IMG/VR virus record: IMGVR_UViG_3300025401_000016 | Coordinates: 1-64,000 of that record | DNA from: a virus | DNA length: 64,000 nucleotides | Strand: one strand, 5' to 3' | Shown: positions 28,678-41,200 of the stretch, one piece after another | Numbering within the stretch: position 1 is the stretch's first letter | Layout of the letters: every line of letters starts with the position of its first letter | Made by a program: the position numbers and the translations under genes | Notes under the pieces: generated by a model | The model's input: the letters and a program-made list of their open reading frames with translations, nothing else | What the model was told of the DNA's origin: nothing | Database searches by the model: none

Positions 28678-31392
28678 ATGGCATTTAATAGTAACGAAAA
28701 TGTAGTCAAAACATTTGGTGGATTTAGTAGTAATAAAGATACTAGAGGTGGAGCCACAACTATACCTAGTGCAGTTATTGGTATTGTAAAGAACAACGTA
28801 GATCCTGCTCGCAGCGGAAAACTTCAGGTATATTTAGTTAGACAAGACAGTGCACTTGATCCAGATAATCCAGCTGGATGGAAAACAGTCAACTACATGA
28901 GTCCCTTCTTTGGTTATACTGCAACAACAAGTAGTGTGTCAGATGATGGAAAATTTGTAGGTAATCCAAATAGTTATGGCATGTGGATGACACCTCCTGA
29001 TATCAATACTGAAGTTATATGTGTATTTTTGAACGGTGACCCAAGCCAGGGTTACTATATAGGTAGTTTACCTAATCCAGGTATATCTCAAATGGTGCCT
29101 GCTATTGGTAGTAGCAGTAGTATTATTGCAAATGCAGGTGAAGCTAGTGGTTACGGTGGTGCAACAACATTACCAGTCAGCGAAATTAATAATGCTAATC
29201 CTGCACATAGTCAAAACCCAAATTTAATCAATCAACCTAGAACTGTTCATAGCTATCAAGCAGCAATATTGAATAAACAAGGATTAATTCGTGATCCTGA
29301 TCGTGGTACAATTTCTAGTAGTAGTACACGTGAAAGTCCTAGTCAAGTATTTGGTATTAGTACTCCTGGTAGACCAATATATAAAGGTGGTTACACCAAT
29401 GATACAATTAAAGATGCAATTAATAATAGCTCAACACCAGATGATAAATTTAAAATTATAGGTAGATTGGGTGGCCATACATTTGTAATGGATGACGGTG
29501 ATGTGACTGGTAAAGACCAATTGATGAGATTGCGTACTGGTACTGGTCACATGATTATGATGAATGATAAAGCACAAACTTTATTCATTATTCATGCTAA
29601 TGGTAAAAGTTATATTGAATTAGGTAAAGAAGGTACGATTGATATGTACGCTATGAATAGCGTTAACATACGTACTCAAGGAGATTTGAACTTACATGCA
29701 GATAACAATGTTAACATCAAAGCTACAAAAAGTGTAAACATTAGTGGTGAAAATCTTGCAACTGAAAGTTTAAAACAAACTACTAGTTTTGTAGGTACTA
29801 CGTATAATGGATATGTTAAAGGTAACTATACATTAAAGACTGAAGGTAAAATGTCAACTGAAACTACAGGTGAGTTTGGTATTAAAAATAAAAACGCTGC
29901 CATAGTACTTGACGGAAAAAATGTTAAACTTAATAGCGGTAATCCAACACTAGTGCCTGACACGGTAAATCAAATACCAATCGTACAACATCCCGACACA
30001 TTATATAGTTCTAGTGTAGGATGGGCAGCTGCCCCGGGTAAACTATCTAGCATAGTATCTAGGGCACCAGCACATAGCCCTTGGTCTTATGCAAATCAAG
30101 GAGTAGATGTAAATATTAATCCAGATAGTAGTAAAGCTTTTCCAAGTCCCCCAAGTGCTAGTGTTCAAGCGGCAAATGCATCTGTTCCGGCTGCACCAAT
30201 TTCAGTAACATCACCTACTATAGCATCAACCTCACCTCCTATGCTTGGCACGTCCAATATGCTTGATTCAGCTACTACTCGCACTATTGCAAGTCAAGTA
30301 GCAGTTAACGCACAAACAGACCCAGTTACTGGAGCAGCAGCAGTTGCAGGTGCAGGAATCGTTGGAAATACGGCAGTGATTGGACCATATGGATTAAGTC
30401 CGCAACAAATGGATGATGGTGGATTTATTAAACCCGGAGCAAGCAGAGCAGTACAACAATGTTTGGATACTGGAAAATCACTAACTGATAGTTTTCCAGA
30501 TGCTATTTTTACTGGTAAAAACGGAATTACCAATATCAATCAATTTATAAATGATACCGCATCACAAGCTAGTTGTCTGAATACATTGCTTCAAAAAGCA
30601 CAAACTGACTTGACAAATGTTGGAGTATTAGATGGTACTGAAAGTGCATCACAAACAGGTGGATTAATTGCTAGTAGTGCAGTACACGGTGTTACTTCAA
30701 CATTAAATGCAGCGGGATTAAAAGGGGTAGACTCATCTAGTGTAACAGGGGCATTAAATGCTAAACCACCTGCATCAGTAACTGCAATATTAGGTATGAT
30801 TGCAGGTGGAAATTTTGCTGGATCATTGGTTGATAAAGCAATGAATGCATTCAGTGGGCTTGGTGGACTTGACATAACTGCAAAATTTCAAACCACTGCA
30901 GCCTCATTATTTGCTACTGTGACTGCTAAGTTTAAGGGATTCTCCGCTAATGTTCCTCAAGACTTATCTGCACTTAGTAGTGCGGCTGGATCAAATCTCG
31001 CTGACGTAGCATCAAATGCTAGCGGATTGAGTAATCTACCTGGTGGTGCAAATGCAGTAACTGGTATAGTAGGTAACGTAACCGCCGGCGTGTCAAATGC
31101 AATATCAGGTACGTCACAATTAAATAGTATTGCAAACTCAGCGGCAACTGCATCAACACAACTAGCAGCATTGACAAATGGTGGTGCATCAAGTATAACT
31201 AGTTTAGCTACTGCGGGTTTACCTGCATCTGCCGTGAATGCATTAAAAGGTGCAGTTAATTCATTCTCTACTGGATCAGTAAGTGTTAAATTACCAACTG
31301 TTGCAAGTAACACAGTAGATTTTAGTAGTTTAGCTAAACAGTCTAAAAATCTATTAGGTGATGATAGAATACCCCCAGTGGATGTAGGTTAA
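28678..31392 (+). CDS. gp5: Baseplate central spike (gp5/VgrG-like)
   Basis: N-terminal OB fold (G+VKNN.DP.RSG+LQV...PPD+..EV+..F..GD), R..GH.F+MDD, beta-helix repeats, then a lysozyme-like segment and an Ala/Ser-rich tail. Confidence 0.8.
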   Translation: MAFNSNENVVKTFGGFSSNKDTRGGATTIPSAVIGIVKNNVDPARSGKLQVYLVRQDSALDPDNPAGWKTVNYMSPFFGYTATTSSVSDDGKFVGNPNSYGMWMTPPDINTEVICVFLNGDPSQGYYIGSLPNPGISQMVPAIGSSSSIIANAGEASGYGGATTLPVSEINNANPAHSQNPNLINQPRTVHSYQAAILNKQGLIRDPDRGTISSSSTRESPSQVFGISTPGRPIYKGGYTNDTIKDAINNSSTPDDKFKIIGRLGGHTFVMDDGDVTGKDQLMRLRTGTGHMIMMNDKAQTLFIIHANGKSYIELGKEGTIDMYAMNSVNIRTQGDLNLHADNNVNIKATKSVNISGENLATESLKQTTSFVGTTYNGYVKGNYTLKTEGKMSTETTGEFGIKNKNAAIVLDGKNVKLNSGNPTLVPDTVNQIPIVQHPDTLYSSSVGWAAAPGKLSSIVSRAPAHSPWSYANQGVDVNINPDSSKAFPSPPSASVQAANASVPAAPISVTSPTIASTSPPMLGTSNMLDSATTRTIASQVAVNAQTDPVTGAAAVAGAGIVGNTAVIGPYGLSPQQMDDGGFIKPGASRAVQQCLDTGKSLTDSFPDAIFTGKNGITNINQFINDTASQASCLNTLLQKAQTDLTNVGVLDGTESASQTGGLIASSAVHGVTSTLNAAGLKGVDSSSVTGALNAKPPASVTAILGMIAGGNFAGSLVDKAMNAFSGLGGLDITAKFQTTAASLFATVTAKFKGFSANVPQDLSALSSAAGSNLADVASNASGLSNLPGGANAVTGIVGNVTAGVSNAISGTSQLNSIANSAATASTQLAALTNGGASSITSLATAGLPASAVNALKGAVNSFSTGSVSVKLPTVASNTVDFSSLAKQSKNLLGDDRIPPVDVG

Positions 31393-31407
31393 ATATAAGG
31401 AAATATC

Positions 31408-31869
31408 ATGGCTACTTTTATAGGTTTTAGTACACAACATGCAGACAATGTAGTAACAAATGGATATACTCCGGGTTATACAAATACGATTGGAAATCAA
31501 AATCAGGGTACTTCTGTGCGTAGTGGTAACAAATATACAACTACCGATCAAGATTTAGTTATACAAGATTTTATCAATAGTTTGAATATACAACAAGGAA
31601 CATTACCTGGACGCCCTGATTACGGTACCAATATTTATAGTTATATATTTGAACCAAATACAACTGAAACTAAATTAGCAATTGATAACGAGTTAAAAAG
31701 AATGGTATCATTAGATCCAAGAATTGTATTGAATACAATTCAATTAACTTCAACAGATACTGGGATTATAATTCAAATGGAAATAGCAATTAATCCTTTT
31801 TTAGATCCCTTAACATTATCAGTTTATTTTGATCAAGCATCTAGCAAAGCTAATTTAGTTACAGGCTAA
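31408..31869 (+). CDS. gp25: Baseplate wedge protein (gp25/GPW family)
   Basis: D+.N.LN...G...GRPDYGT.I..Y+FEP...DPRI motif; TTAAATA late box at 31389-95. Confidence 0.9.
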   Translation: MATFIGFSTQHADNVVTNGYTPGYTNTIGNQNQGTSVRSGNKYTTTDQDLVIQDFINSLNIQQGTLPGRPDYGTNIYSYIFEPNTTETKLAIDNELKRMVSLDPRIVLNTIQLTSTDTGIIIQMEIAINPFLDPLTLSVYFDQASSKANLVTG

Positions 31870-31892
31870 TCAAAAACGCCGGTTTTTGTTAC

Positions 31893-31900
31893 GATAAATA
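31893..31900 (+). promoter_or_regulatory. T4-type late promoter for gp6/gp7
   Basis: GATAAATA 17 nt upstream of ATG 31918. Confidence 0.7.
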
Positions 31901-31917
31901 TAATACAGAGAAAACAT

Positions 31918-34900
31918 ATGGCAACAAGTTCTAGACAATCAAATTTATTTGGTGTAAATGATTGGAAATCAATATACCAAACTTATAATCAAGCTGATTT
32001 TCAAAGCTATGACTTTGAAAGCCTGCGTAAAAATTTCGTAGATTACTTACGTGCCTACTATCCTGAAACATTCAACGACTATACTGAATCTAGTGAATAT
32101 GTAGCATTACTAGATTTAATGGCTTTCATGGGCCAAGCAATGAGTTTCCGTGATGACTTAAATACACGTGAAAATTTTATTGATACTGCACAGCGTAGAG
32201 ATAGTGTTGTCAAATTAGCAAACTTAGTTGGATACACACCAAAACGCAATCTTGCAGGGCAAGGATTATTAAAAATAACAAGTATACAGACATCTGAAGC
32301 AATTAGTGATATTAATGGTATTAATCTTAGTAATTTGTCTGTTATATACAATGACCCAGCTAATTCAAATTGGCAAGAACAATTTAATACAATTATAAAT
32401 TCAGCATTGGTAAGCTCACAAAGAATAGGGCGCCCGGGTAATAGTCAAACTTTACTAGATATCAAAACAGATGAATACGGAATAAGTATCCCTTCTGGTA
32501 GCACTCCAGTTGGTAAGTTTTCTGCTAAAATCGACAATTTAAGTATGAATTTTGAATATGTTAGTGCGACTAGTGTTAACTCAAATAGTTTATATGAGCC
32601 TGGCCCCGCACCTTCAAATAGTTTTAATATTTTATATAGAAATGATAAATTAGGTTACGGTAGTGCTAATACTGGTTTCTTTATGTATTTTAAACAAGGT
32701 GGACTGCAACAATACTTCTTTACTATAGCAGAACAAACTGTAAACAATGTTGTTAGCATAGGAAATATCGAAGGTATTAATAACACAGACACATGGTTAT
32801 TTCAAATCGATCCTACTACTGGTGCATACACACAATGGACACAAGTAGAAAATATATACAATACACAAAATAGTTCAACAATTGGTAGCAAATTAAAAGT
32901 GTTTAGCGTAACTTCTGGGTTTAATGACACAGTTAGTTATAATTTTGGTGATGGTGTATTCAGTGAAATTCCAGTTGGTAATTTTGTGGCACTGGTCCGT
33001 TCAAGTAATAGACTAACATATACGATCAATCCAAGCGAAATGCGTGGTATCACCGTACAACTTAACTATATAAGCAAGTATAATAGAACAGAAACATTGT
33101 CTATGTCATTAGGATTGCAATTACCAGTTAGTAATGCACAAGCTCCTGAGACCATTGCAGATATAAAAAGTAGAGCACCACAAAGTTTCTATACACAAAA
33201 CCGTATGGTCAATGGACAAGACTATAATAGTTTTCCTTTTACATTATACAATTCAATCATTAAAAGTAAAGCACTTAATCGTGTGAGTGTTGGTGTAAGT
33301 CGTAACTATGATTTATTAGATCCAAGTGCAAAGTATTCTAGTACAAATGATTTTGCAGATGATGGTGGGTTATATGTAGATGAGACCTCAGGGTTTGTCA
33401 ATTTCACATCAACTGGTAGTAGTGATATCATTAGTTTCTTTACTGGTACATTGGCAACAATATTAGGTGGTCATCGTGCACAACAATATTATGTTCAACA
33501 CTATCCATGGGTTAATTTTCAAGTTACAGACTTAGCAAGCGTGTACTATTGGAATCAAACAACTAGAGACAATGAGCAAACAACTGGTTTCTTTTACACA
33601 GAGAATGGCCCAGTGAGTATAGGTGTTAATAGCTCCGGGTATGTACAATACTTAACTGAAGGTGCGTTGTGTAGATTTGTTCCTCCGGCAGGATACTATT
33701 TTGATAAAAACAATTTGTTAGTAGAAGGATTGCCTGGCCCTAGTGATATAGTTTATATTTGGACTAATGTAGTAAGTGTTAACGGTGACGGTGCTAACAA
33801 TGGATATGGTAATTTAAGCAATGGCACAGGACCAGTTGTATTAAGTTCATATGTACCAAATGGTTGTAGAATTACTACAGTAATACCTTCATTTACGAAC
33901 GTAATTGGAACTACAGTAGTACAAGAAGCAATACAACAAATTAATTTAAATAATAATTTTTCATTGGTGTACAACAATACTTTAGGTGCAAATGTAACAC
34001 GCTGGAGCCTGAGTACATATGAAGATAATTCCGCTTTTGTAACATTTCAAAGTTTAGGGAGTGGTAATTATTTAGTAACATACAATAGTACTGCATATTA
34101 TTTTGCAAGTGCAAAAGAAGTTCGTTTTGCATATGATCAAGGCAAAGTAATTTATGATCCACTAAGTGGAAAAGTAATGCAAGATACAATTACTATATTA
34201 AAAAGTAATAGTCAACCAATCAGTAATAGTCCATTGTTCAATGATATAACATTATATGTTGTTGGGCAGCCAAAAGAAAGTGATGGCTATCCAGATGACT
34301 ATAGTGTTGAAGTAAGTACAATGAATGGCAGTTTAACTGATGTTATTCGTGATCCGGACTTCTTTACTAAGGTTACCAACTATACATCAGGTAATAGCAA
34401 CTATCAATACTTTGTTTTCTTACAACAAATTACTGATACTAATTTGTTATCACGTTATGTAATGATTCCTACAAGTGAAATAGTTTATCAATATGGTACA
34501 TTAAGTGACATTGAAGTTGTTAAATATCAATTCCCAGTTAATACTGTATTCTATGCACCATTTGAAGATAAATTTTATACAAGTGCACAAAGTGCAACTT
34601 ATGGAACTGTGTATACTGTGCAAGAATTGACCACATATAGTGCGAGAACAGGTCGTCAAGGTTTGTATTTTCAATATCAACATGTATCTGGGGATACAAC
34701 ACGTATAAATCCTGCTACTACAAATATTATTGATTTGTATTTGGTTACAAGTGGATATTATACTGCATATACAAATTATATAACTGACACTACAGGTACT
34801 GTTACACAACCTCCGGTACCCACATTAGAAGAATTAACAACAACTTATAGTAACTTAAATAACTTTAAAATGCTCACTGACAATATCATTATGAATAGTG

Positions 34901-35277
34901 TTCAGTTTAAACCCTTGTTTGGGGCTAAAGCAGACCCAAGTCTACAAGGCACAATTAAAGTGATTAGAAATGCTAGCAGTACTGCGAGTGACAGTGAAAT
35001 TGCAACAAGTGTATTATTAGAAATTAACAATTATTTCAGTATAGAAAATTGGAACTTTGGTGATACATTTTATTTTAGTGAGTTGAGTGCATACTTGCAC
35101 AGCGTATTAGGTGACTATGTTAGTAGTGTTGTATTAGTACCGAAAGATCCAAACTTAGTATTTGGTGATTTGTATGAAATTCGTAGTGCACCTTATGAGA
35201 TTTTTGTAAATTGTGCGGTTGCAACAGATATTGTTGTTATCTCATCACTTACACCTAGCGTATTACAAACAGGATAA
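31918..35277 (+). CDS. gp6: Baseplate wedge protein (T4 gp6-like)
   Basis: DFES+R...F.DY.ESS...LLD+.A...ENF+DTA.RRDSV..LA..+GY.P, FGDG.F, ET+..IK.RAP.......RMV...DY. Confidence 0.9.
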   Translation: MATSSRQSNLFGVNDWKSIYQTYNQADFQSYDFESLRKNFVDYLRAYYPETFNDYTESSEYVALLDLMAFMGQAMSFRDDLNTRENFIDTAQRRDSVVKLANLVGYTPKRNLAGQGLLKITSIQTSEAISDINGINLSNLSVIYNDPANSNWQEQFNTIINSALVSSQRIGRPGNSQTLLDIKTDEYGISIPSGSTPVGKFSAKIDNLSMNFEYVSATSVNSNSLYEPGPAPSNSFNILYRNDKLGYGSANTGFFMYFKQGGLQQYFFTIAEQTVNNVVSIGNIEGINNTDTWLFQIDPTTGAYTQWTQVENIYNTQNSSTIGSKLKVFSVTSGFNDTVSYNFGDGVFSEIPVGNFVALVRSSNRLTYTINPSEMRGITVQLNYISKYNRTETLSMSLGLQLPVSNAQAPETIADIKSRAPQSFYTQNRMVNGQDYNSFPFTLYNSIIKSKALNRVSVGVSRNYDLLDPSAKYSSTNDFADDGGLYVDETSGFVNFTSTGSSDIISFFTGTLATILGGHRAQQYYVQHYPWVNFQVTDLASVYYWNQTTRDNEQTTGFFYTENGPVSIGVNSSGYVQYLTEGALCRFVPPAGYYFDKNNLLVEGLPGPSDIVYIWTNVVSVNGDGANNGYGNLSNGTGPVVLSSYVPNGCRITTVIPSFTNVIGTTVVQEAIQQINLNNNFSLVYNNTLGANVTRWSLSTYEDNSAFVTFQSLGSGNYLVTYNSTAYYFASAKEVRFAYDQGKVIYDPLSGKVMQDTITILKSNSQPISNSPLFNDITLYVVGQPKESDGYPDDYSVEVSTMNGSLTDVIRDPDFFTKVTNYTSGNSNYQYFVFLQQITDTNLLSRYVMIPTSEIVYQYGTLSDIEVVKYQFPVNTVFYAPFEDKFYTSAQSATYGTVYTVQELTTYSARTGRQGLYFQYQHVSGDTTRINPATTNIIDLYLVTSGYYTAYTNYITDTTGTVTQPPVPTLEELTTTYSNLNNFKMLTDNIIMNSVQFKPLFGAKADPSLQGTIKVIRNASSTASDSEIATSVLLEINNYFSIENWNFGDTFYFSELSAYLHSVLGDYVSSVVLVPKDPNLVFGDLYEIRSAPYEIFVNCAVATDIVVISSLTPSVLQTG

Positions 35278-35288
35278 GAGTTTAACAC

Positions 35289-38200
35289 ATGGTAACAAGA
35301 ACTAGAACGATTGATTTCTTACCAGAAATTTTTCAAACACGTACCAACCAATTATTTTTAAATGCAACATTGGATCAACTTGTCCAACAGCCTGACTTTA
35401 AAAAAGTGCAAGGTTTTATTGGTAGTAAGTTTGGTTACGGAGTAAAAAGCACAGACACATATCTCGTAGAACCAGATAGTGTTAGAAACAATTATCAATT
35501 AGAACCCAGTGTTGTATTTCAAAAAACTGGTACCAGTCAGGCAATAGATTTAATTACCTATCCTGGCATCATTGATGCACTTAGAACTGAGAGTGGAATT
35601 AATGTCAGTGATAACAAACTTTTTAATAATCAATTTTATAGTTGGGATAGTTTTGTTGATTTAGATAAAATTATTAATTATGGACAATACTATTGGATCC
35701 CAACAGGTCCTGAAAGTGTAAACATAACAACAGAAAAGTTGTTACTAGATAGCACATATACTATTATCAACAATCCTAATACATATGATTTTTCAATCAA
35801 TGGTGCAACACCTATTGTTGGAAATCCAGAAATAACACTAGTCCGCGGTGGTACTTATACTTTTCTAGTTAATCAAGATACACCCTTTTATATTCAAACT
35901 ATGCCTGGCATCAGTGGTGTAGATCCTACAAAAACAAATGTAAGCACAAGAGAAATATACGGAGTCACCAATAACGGCGTGCCAAATTCTGTGATGACAT
36001 TTACAGTACCAATGGCAGATGCAGAAGATGGATATCGCTATCCAGTGGGCATAACTATAGATGTAGTTACTACATTAGATTTTAATCAAGTCAATGGACA
36101 GTATGTATTTGCTATTGATGGTGTAACAGATTTAGAGAATAAACTATTGATGTTCTATGGTCAAGATCCAAACGCTACTAGTTCAGTAGATGGTAGTATT
36201 CTCAATCAAAATCTATATAGAATTAATTATGTACCAACAAGTGATCCTTTACAGTTTTTAATTCAATTGACTGCTTATACATCAATACCAACAGAAATTC
36301 GCATTGATGCTAATTCAGGTAAACAGTTTATTGGTAAAAGTTTTGTTAAAAATGCAGTTGGTGAAATTATACTATTGCCACAAATCACATCAAATCTAAA
36401 CACATTGTATTATGTCGATGGCACCAATGATAAAAAATACGGTATCATTAAATTGGTTGATGATGTTTTTAGTAGTGTATTAAATGTAAATGATATATTA
36501 GGTAGCACAAATTATGTAAGCCCAAATGGTATTACATTTAGTAATGGATTAAGAGTTACTTTTACTGGGTCAGTATATCCAGAAAATTATTTGAATGATA
36601 GTTATTATGTTGAAGGAGTAGGCACTAGCATTAATTTAATACCTAGTAGTCAGCAAATTGTAACAGAACCGTTTGGTCAGTATATTGATCAACCTTTTGA
36701 TGAGGCATATTTTGGTACAACACCATTTGATAATAGTAAAGACTTGCCTAACGTTCAAGACTATATAACAATCAATCGTAACTCACGTGACAAAAATGCA
36801 TGGAGTCGTAGCAATTGTTGGTTTCATGTTGATGTATTAAAAACAATTGCTAACAACAATAATATTAGTCCTATTGCAAGCGCTGCACTAGCCAGTACCA
36901 CAAATCGTGCAAAACGTCCTATCATTGAATTCTATCCTAATCTAAGATTATTTGATCATGGAATCAATGGTAAAGATACAATCGATTATTTTGACAATAT
37001 TACTCCAAATGCATTGTCTACTATAGCAGGTGGATCATTAAATGTATATTATCCTGATGGCCCAACAAGTGCACTATTTGATGGTGCTAGAGTTGTTTTT
37101 GCTGCAGACAACGATATCAATGTTAGAAATAAAATATATACTTGCCATGTAGCAACTATCAACAACAAACAAATCATAACATTGAGTGTTGCATTCGATG
37201 GTAATATCGAATACTTAGACAATGTACATGTATCTAGAGGTGAATCAAATGCAGGCTATAGTTTTTACTTTGATGGTAACCAGTGGTTAAATTGCCAAGA
37301 AAAACAAACAGTAAATCAATCACCTTTGTTTGATTTGTTTGATAAAAATGGTAACAGTTTAAGTGATCAAGAATACTATCCTGGTAGTGATTTCAAAGGT
37401 TGCACATTATTTGAGTATCTATTGGGATCAAATCCATTAGATCCAGTACTGAACTTACCTATTAGCTATAGCGGAGTAGGTAATTTAAATGACATTGTAT
37501 TTCAAACTTCATTGAATGCAAATACATTCAATTATGTTATAAACAATACCAGTTATAATGAACAAGTAAACATTGGTTATGTACACTCATATGATAAAAA
37601 CAATCAATTGGTAAGAAAAATTGGGTGGAATACTGCGGTTGAACGTAGTTTTCAATATCAAATTTTTAACTTTGTGTATAATTCTGTAACAATGCCTAAT
37701 GGTCCTATATTTGTTGCTGATGTAATGATTAAAGATAGTATGTCAACAATGTGGCCCACTATTGTAGTCTATGTTGACAATTCAGTTGTTGATAGTACTA
37801 ATTATACAGTTACAAATACAAATGATACAACTTCAATTACAATAACATCAAGTATCAGTGATGGTACACACGTTGATATTATGTTATATAGTGATCAAAC
37901 TAGTAATATAGGATACTATGATATACCAACTAATTTAGATCACAATCCATTCAATGAAACCATCACTACTCTTACAAGTGGTGATATCAGAGGACATTAC
38001 AAAAGTATTTGTAACAATTTAGCAGGTAATTTAATTGGTACTAGTTTTGGTGCAAACAACTATAGAGATTTAGGTGATGTTACAGGTTATGGAACAAGAA
38101 TCATACAGAATAGTAGTAGTTTACCTATTGCCGCTGCTTTTATTCGTAAACAAAGTGCAAACTTCTTTAATGGTTTAATATACAATAGCAATGAATATGT

Positions 38201-41200
38201 AAAATTTAAATCAACATTGGTTTATACTGTAGATCAACAAAATTATACACCATACGATAGTGCCGCATATATGCTAGATGATACATTGAGTATCATGGTT
38301 GGGGTAAAATCACCAGATAACAGCTTCTTCTGGAGTGATATGATACCTAATCAGAATCCAACCATTAGTAATAGCTATGCGTTTAGAATTGGTTTAAGTA
38401 AAGCATTATTCCCATTATCTAGAGTATATGATTTTACAGTTGCAAATTATTATGGTGTATTAGCATATGTTAATAGAACAGTAGACGGATTGCCTGTACA
38501 ATTACAATTAGCAAAAGATATTGATTATGTTATTGTAGACAATTATCTTGAAATTATAGTACCATTAAATGACGGTGATGTAATTACGGTTAATGAATAT
38601 GACCAAACATATGGTAGTTATATACCTAATACTCCTACTAAGTTAGGATTTTATCCAAAGTACGTACCTACAGTTATATTAGATGATACATATTCAACAC
38701 CTACATATTTTATCATTGGGCATGATGGAAGTTATACTAAGTTGTACGGTGAATACAATAACGGACTGTTACAAGATTTCCGTGACAAAGTATTATATGA
38801 ATTTGAATTGCGTGTTTACAACAACATGAAAGTAAACACTACATTTGCAATTCAGCCAAATGATATTCGTCCTGGATTCTTCAGAGATACAGGTTACTCA
38901 TATGATGAGTACATGTCAATTTATACTACCAACTTTTTAAATTGGGTTGGATTAAATCGTATTAATTATACTAATCAGTTCTATGATAGTACTGATGATT
39001 ACACATATAATTATAATACTGCAATCAGTAGTTTAAGTAATACAACATTCAACAGTGGTAATTGGAGAGGTATATTCTTAAATCTATATGATACTTGCAA
39101 TCCACATGATAGACCATGGGAGATGTTAGGCTTTGTTATAGAACCAAGTTGGTGGCAAACACGTTATGGTGCTGCACCATATACAAGTGATAACTTATTG
39201 TTATGGACAGATTTAAGTAATGGATTCATTTACAACAATGGTAATAGTTATATTGATAAAAACTATGTAAGAGATGGATTACTAAAAATTATTCCAGTTG
39301 ATGAGAATGGAAATCTATTAAGTCCATTCAGAATCAAAGGATTGATTAAGCGTTATAAAATCACTGATTTCAAAAATAATTGGAGTGTAGGTGATGTTGG
39401 CCCTGCTGAATATAGTTATATAAAAAGTAGCTCATACCCATTCGATTTAATGCGTATATACGCATTACTAAAACCAAGCGATTTCTTTTGTTTAGGTTTA
39501 GACTTAGATGGCTACCGATACAATACTGAGTTCAACCAATTTTTAACTGATGATCGCTATAGAACATCATTGACAAATATTAATGTATATGGGAATGGTC
39601 AAGGCTTAGCCAGATCACTGCAGGATCAGTATGCAAAGCATAGTTATTTGAATTGGTTAGTTGATTATCTCAATCAATATGGTGTTGGTAGTAGTGAAAC
39701 TATTGCAAATACATTGGCAAGTCTAGATGTTAGATTAGCATATAGAATGGCTGGATTTAGCGATCAAAATCAACTACAATTTTTAATTGAAAAAGGTAGT
39801 CCAAATAGTACTAGCAATTCATTATTGATCCCGGACGATAGCTATAGTATATTGTTGTACCAAAACGAACCTAATGACATCATTGTTTATAGCTCTGTTA
39901 TTGTGCAGAAAACACTAACAGGATATAAAGTATTTGGTAACAGTCAAAACAAAGCATACTTCTTAAGTTATGCACCTTACTATAACAACCTAGTAAACCC
40001 AATCACAGTAGCTAACACAACAGTTAATATCCCAATAACTTACACAACAACTGTGATTACTACTCCATATGGAACAGAATTCTCTAGTGTACAATTATTA
40101 TGTGAATTCTTAAAAGGATATGGTAATTATTTAGAATCTCAGGGTATGCAATTTAATGACATTGAAAATAATGTTGCTATTACATGGGATCAAATGATTG
40201 CTGAAATATTGTATTGGTATAACAGTGGATGGGAAGTTGGTAGTACTATTAATGTTAACCCAAATGCAAATACACTTACAATTGATACTGGAAGTACAGT
40301 AGTTCAACCTCTTACCGATTATACACATAATTTTGTATTGAATCAAAATTTGGTTCAATTTCCATTAGAAAGTCTAGCAATCACACGTATTGATACACAG
40401 TTTACTGTAAAATCATTAAGTCAAGCCGACGCTATAAGTTATTTTAAGAGTACATTGAGTAGCGTAGAACATGCAGTTGTATTCAATAATGTAACTGTGT
40501 TTAACGATGTTGTGTTTAACTTACTTACTGGATTGAGACAACAACGACTTTATCTAAGAGGCACAAAGAGCAATAATTGGAATGGTACATTGTACGCACC
40601 TGGCTTTATCATCAATCAAAGTAATGTAGAACCTTGGACTCCAAATACGCAATACTACAAAGGTGATACAGTATTGTATAAAAATAGTTACTACATGGCT
40701 AACATTCCTGTGATAATTCCAAGTGACGTATTTACAGCTAGTAATTGGATTAAAACCCAGTACCAAAATATACATAAGGGGTTAATTGCTAATCCAAATA
40801 CCAGAGCCAGTGAAAGTCAATTGTATTATGACACACATTCTAGTAATTTACAAAATGATGCGGACTTGTTAGGATATTCATTGATTGGATATAGACCCAG
40901 ATCGTATCTAAGTGATATTAATCTAACGGATCCAAGTCAAGTTAATTTATATCAATCAATGATTGCACTTAAAGGTACTGAAAATGCACTAAACATATTA
41001 CAAAGTATTGATTTGAATGCGATTCAATTCAATTATAGTATGTACGAGAATTGGTTAGTACAAAAATCAGAATATGGTGGTATATTAAACCAAAACTTCA
41101 TTGAATTCACACTAGATGGTGGAATGTTAACTGGTAATCCAGCAATCGTTAGTGTCATTGTTGATAAACCAGTTAGTGCAAGTCAACAAGAAGTGCCACT

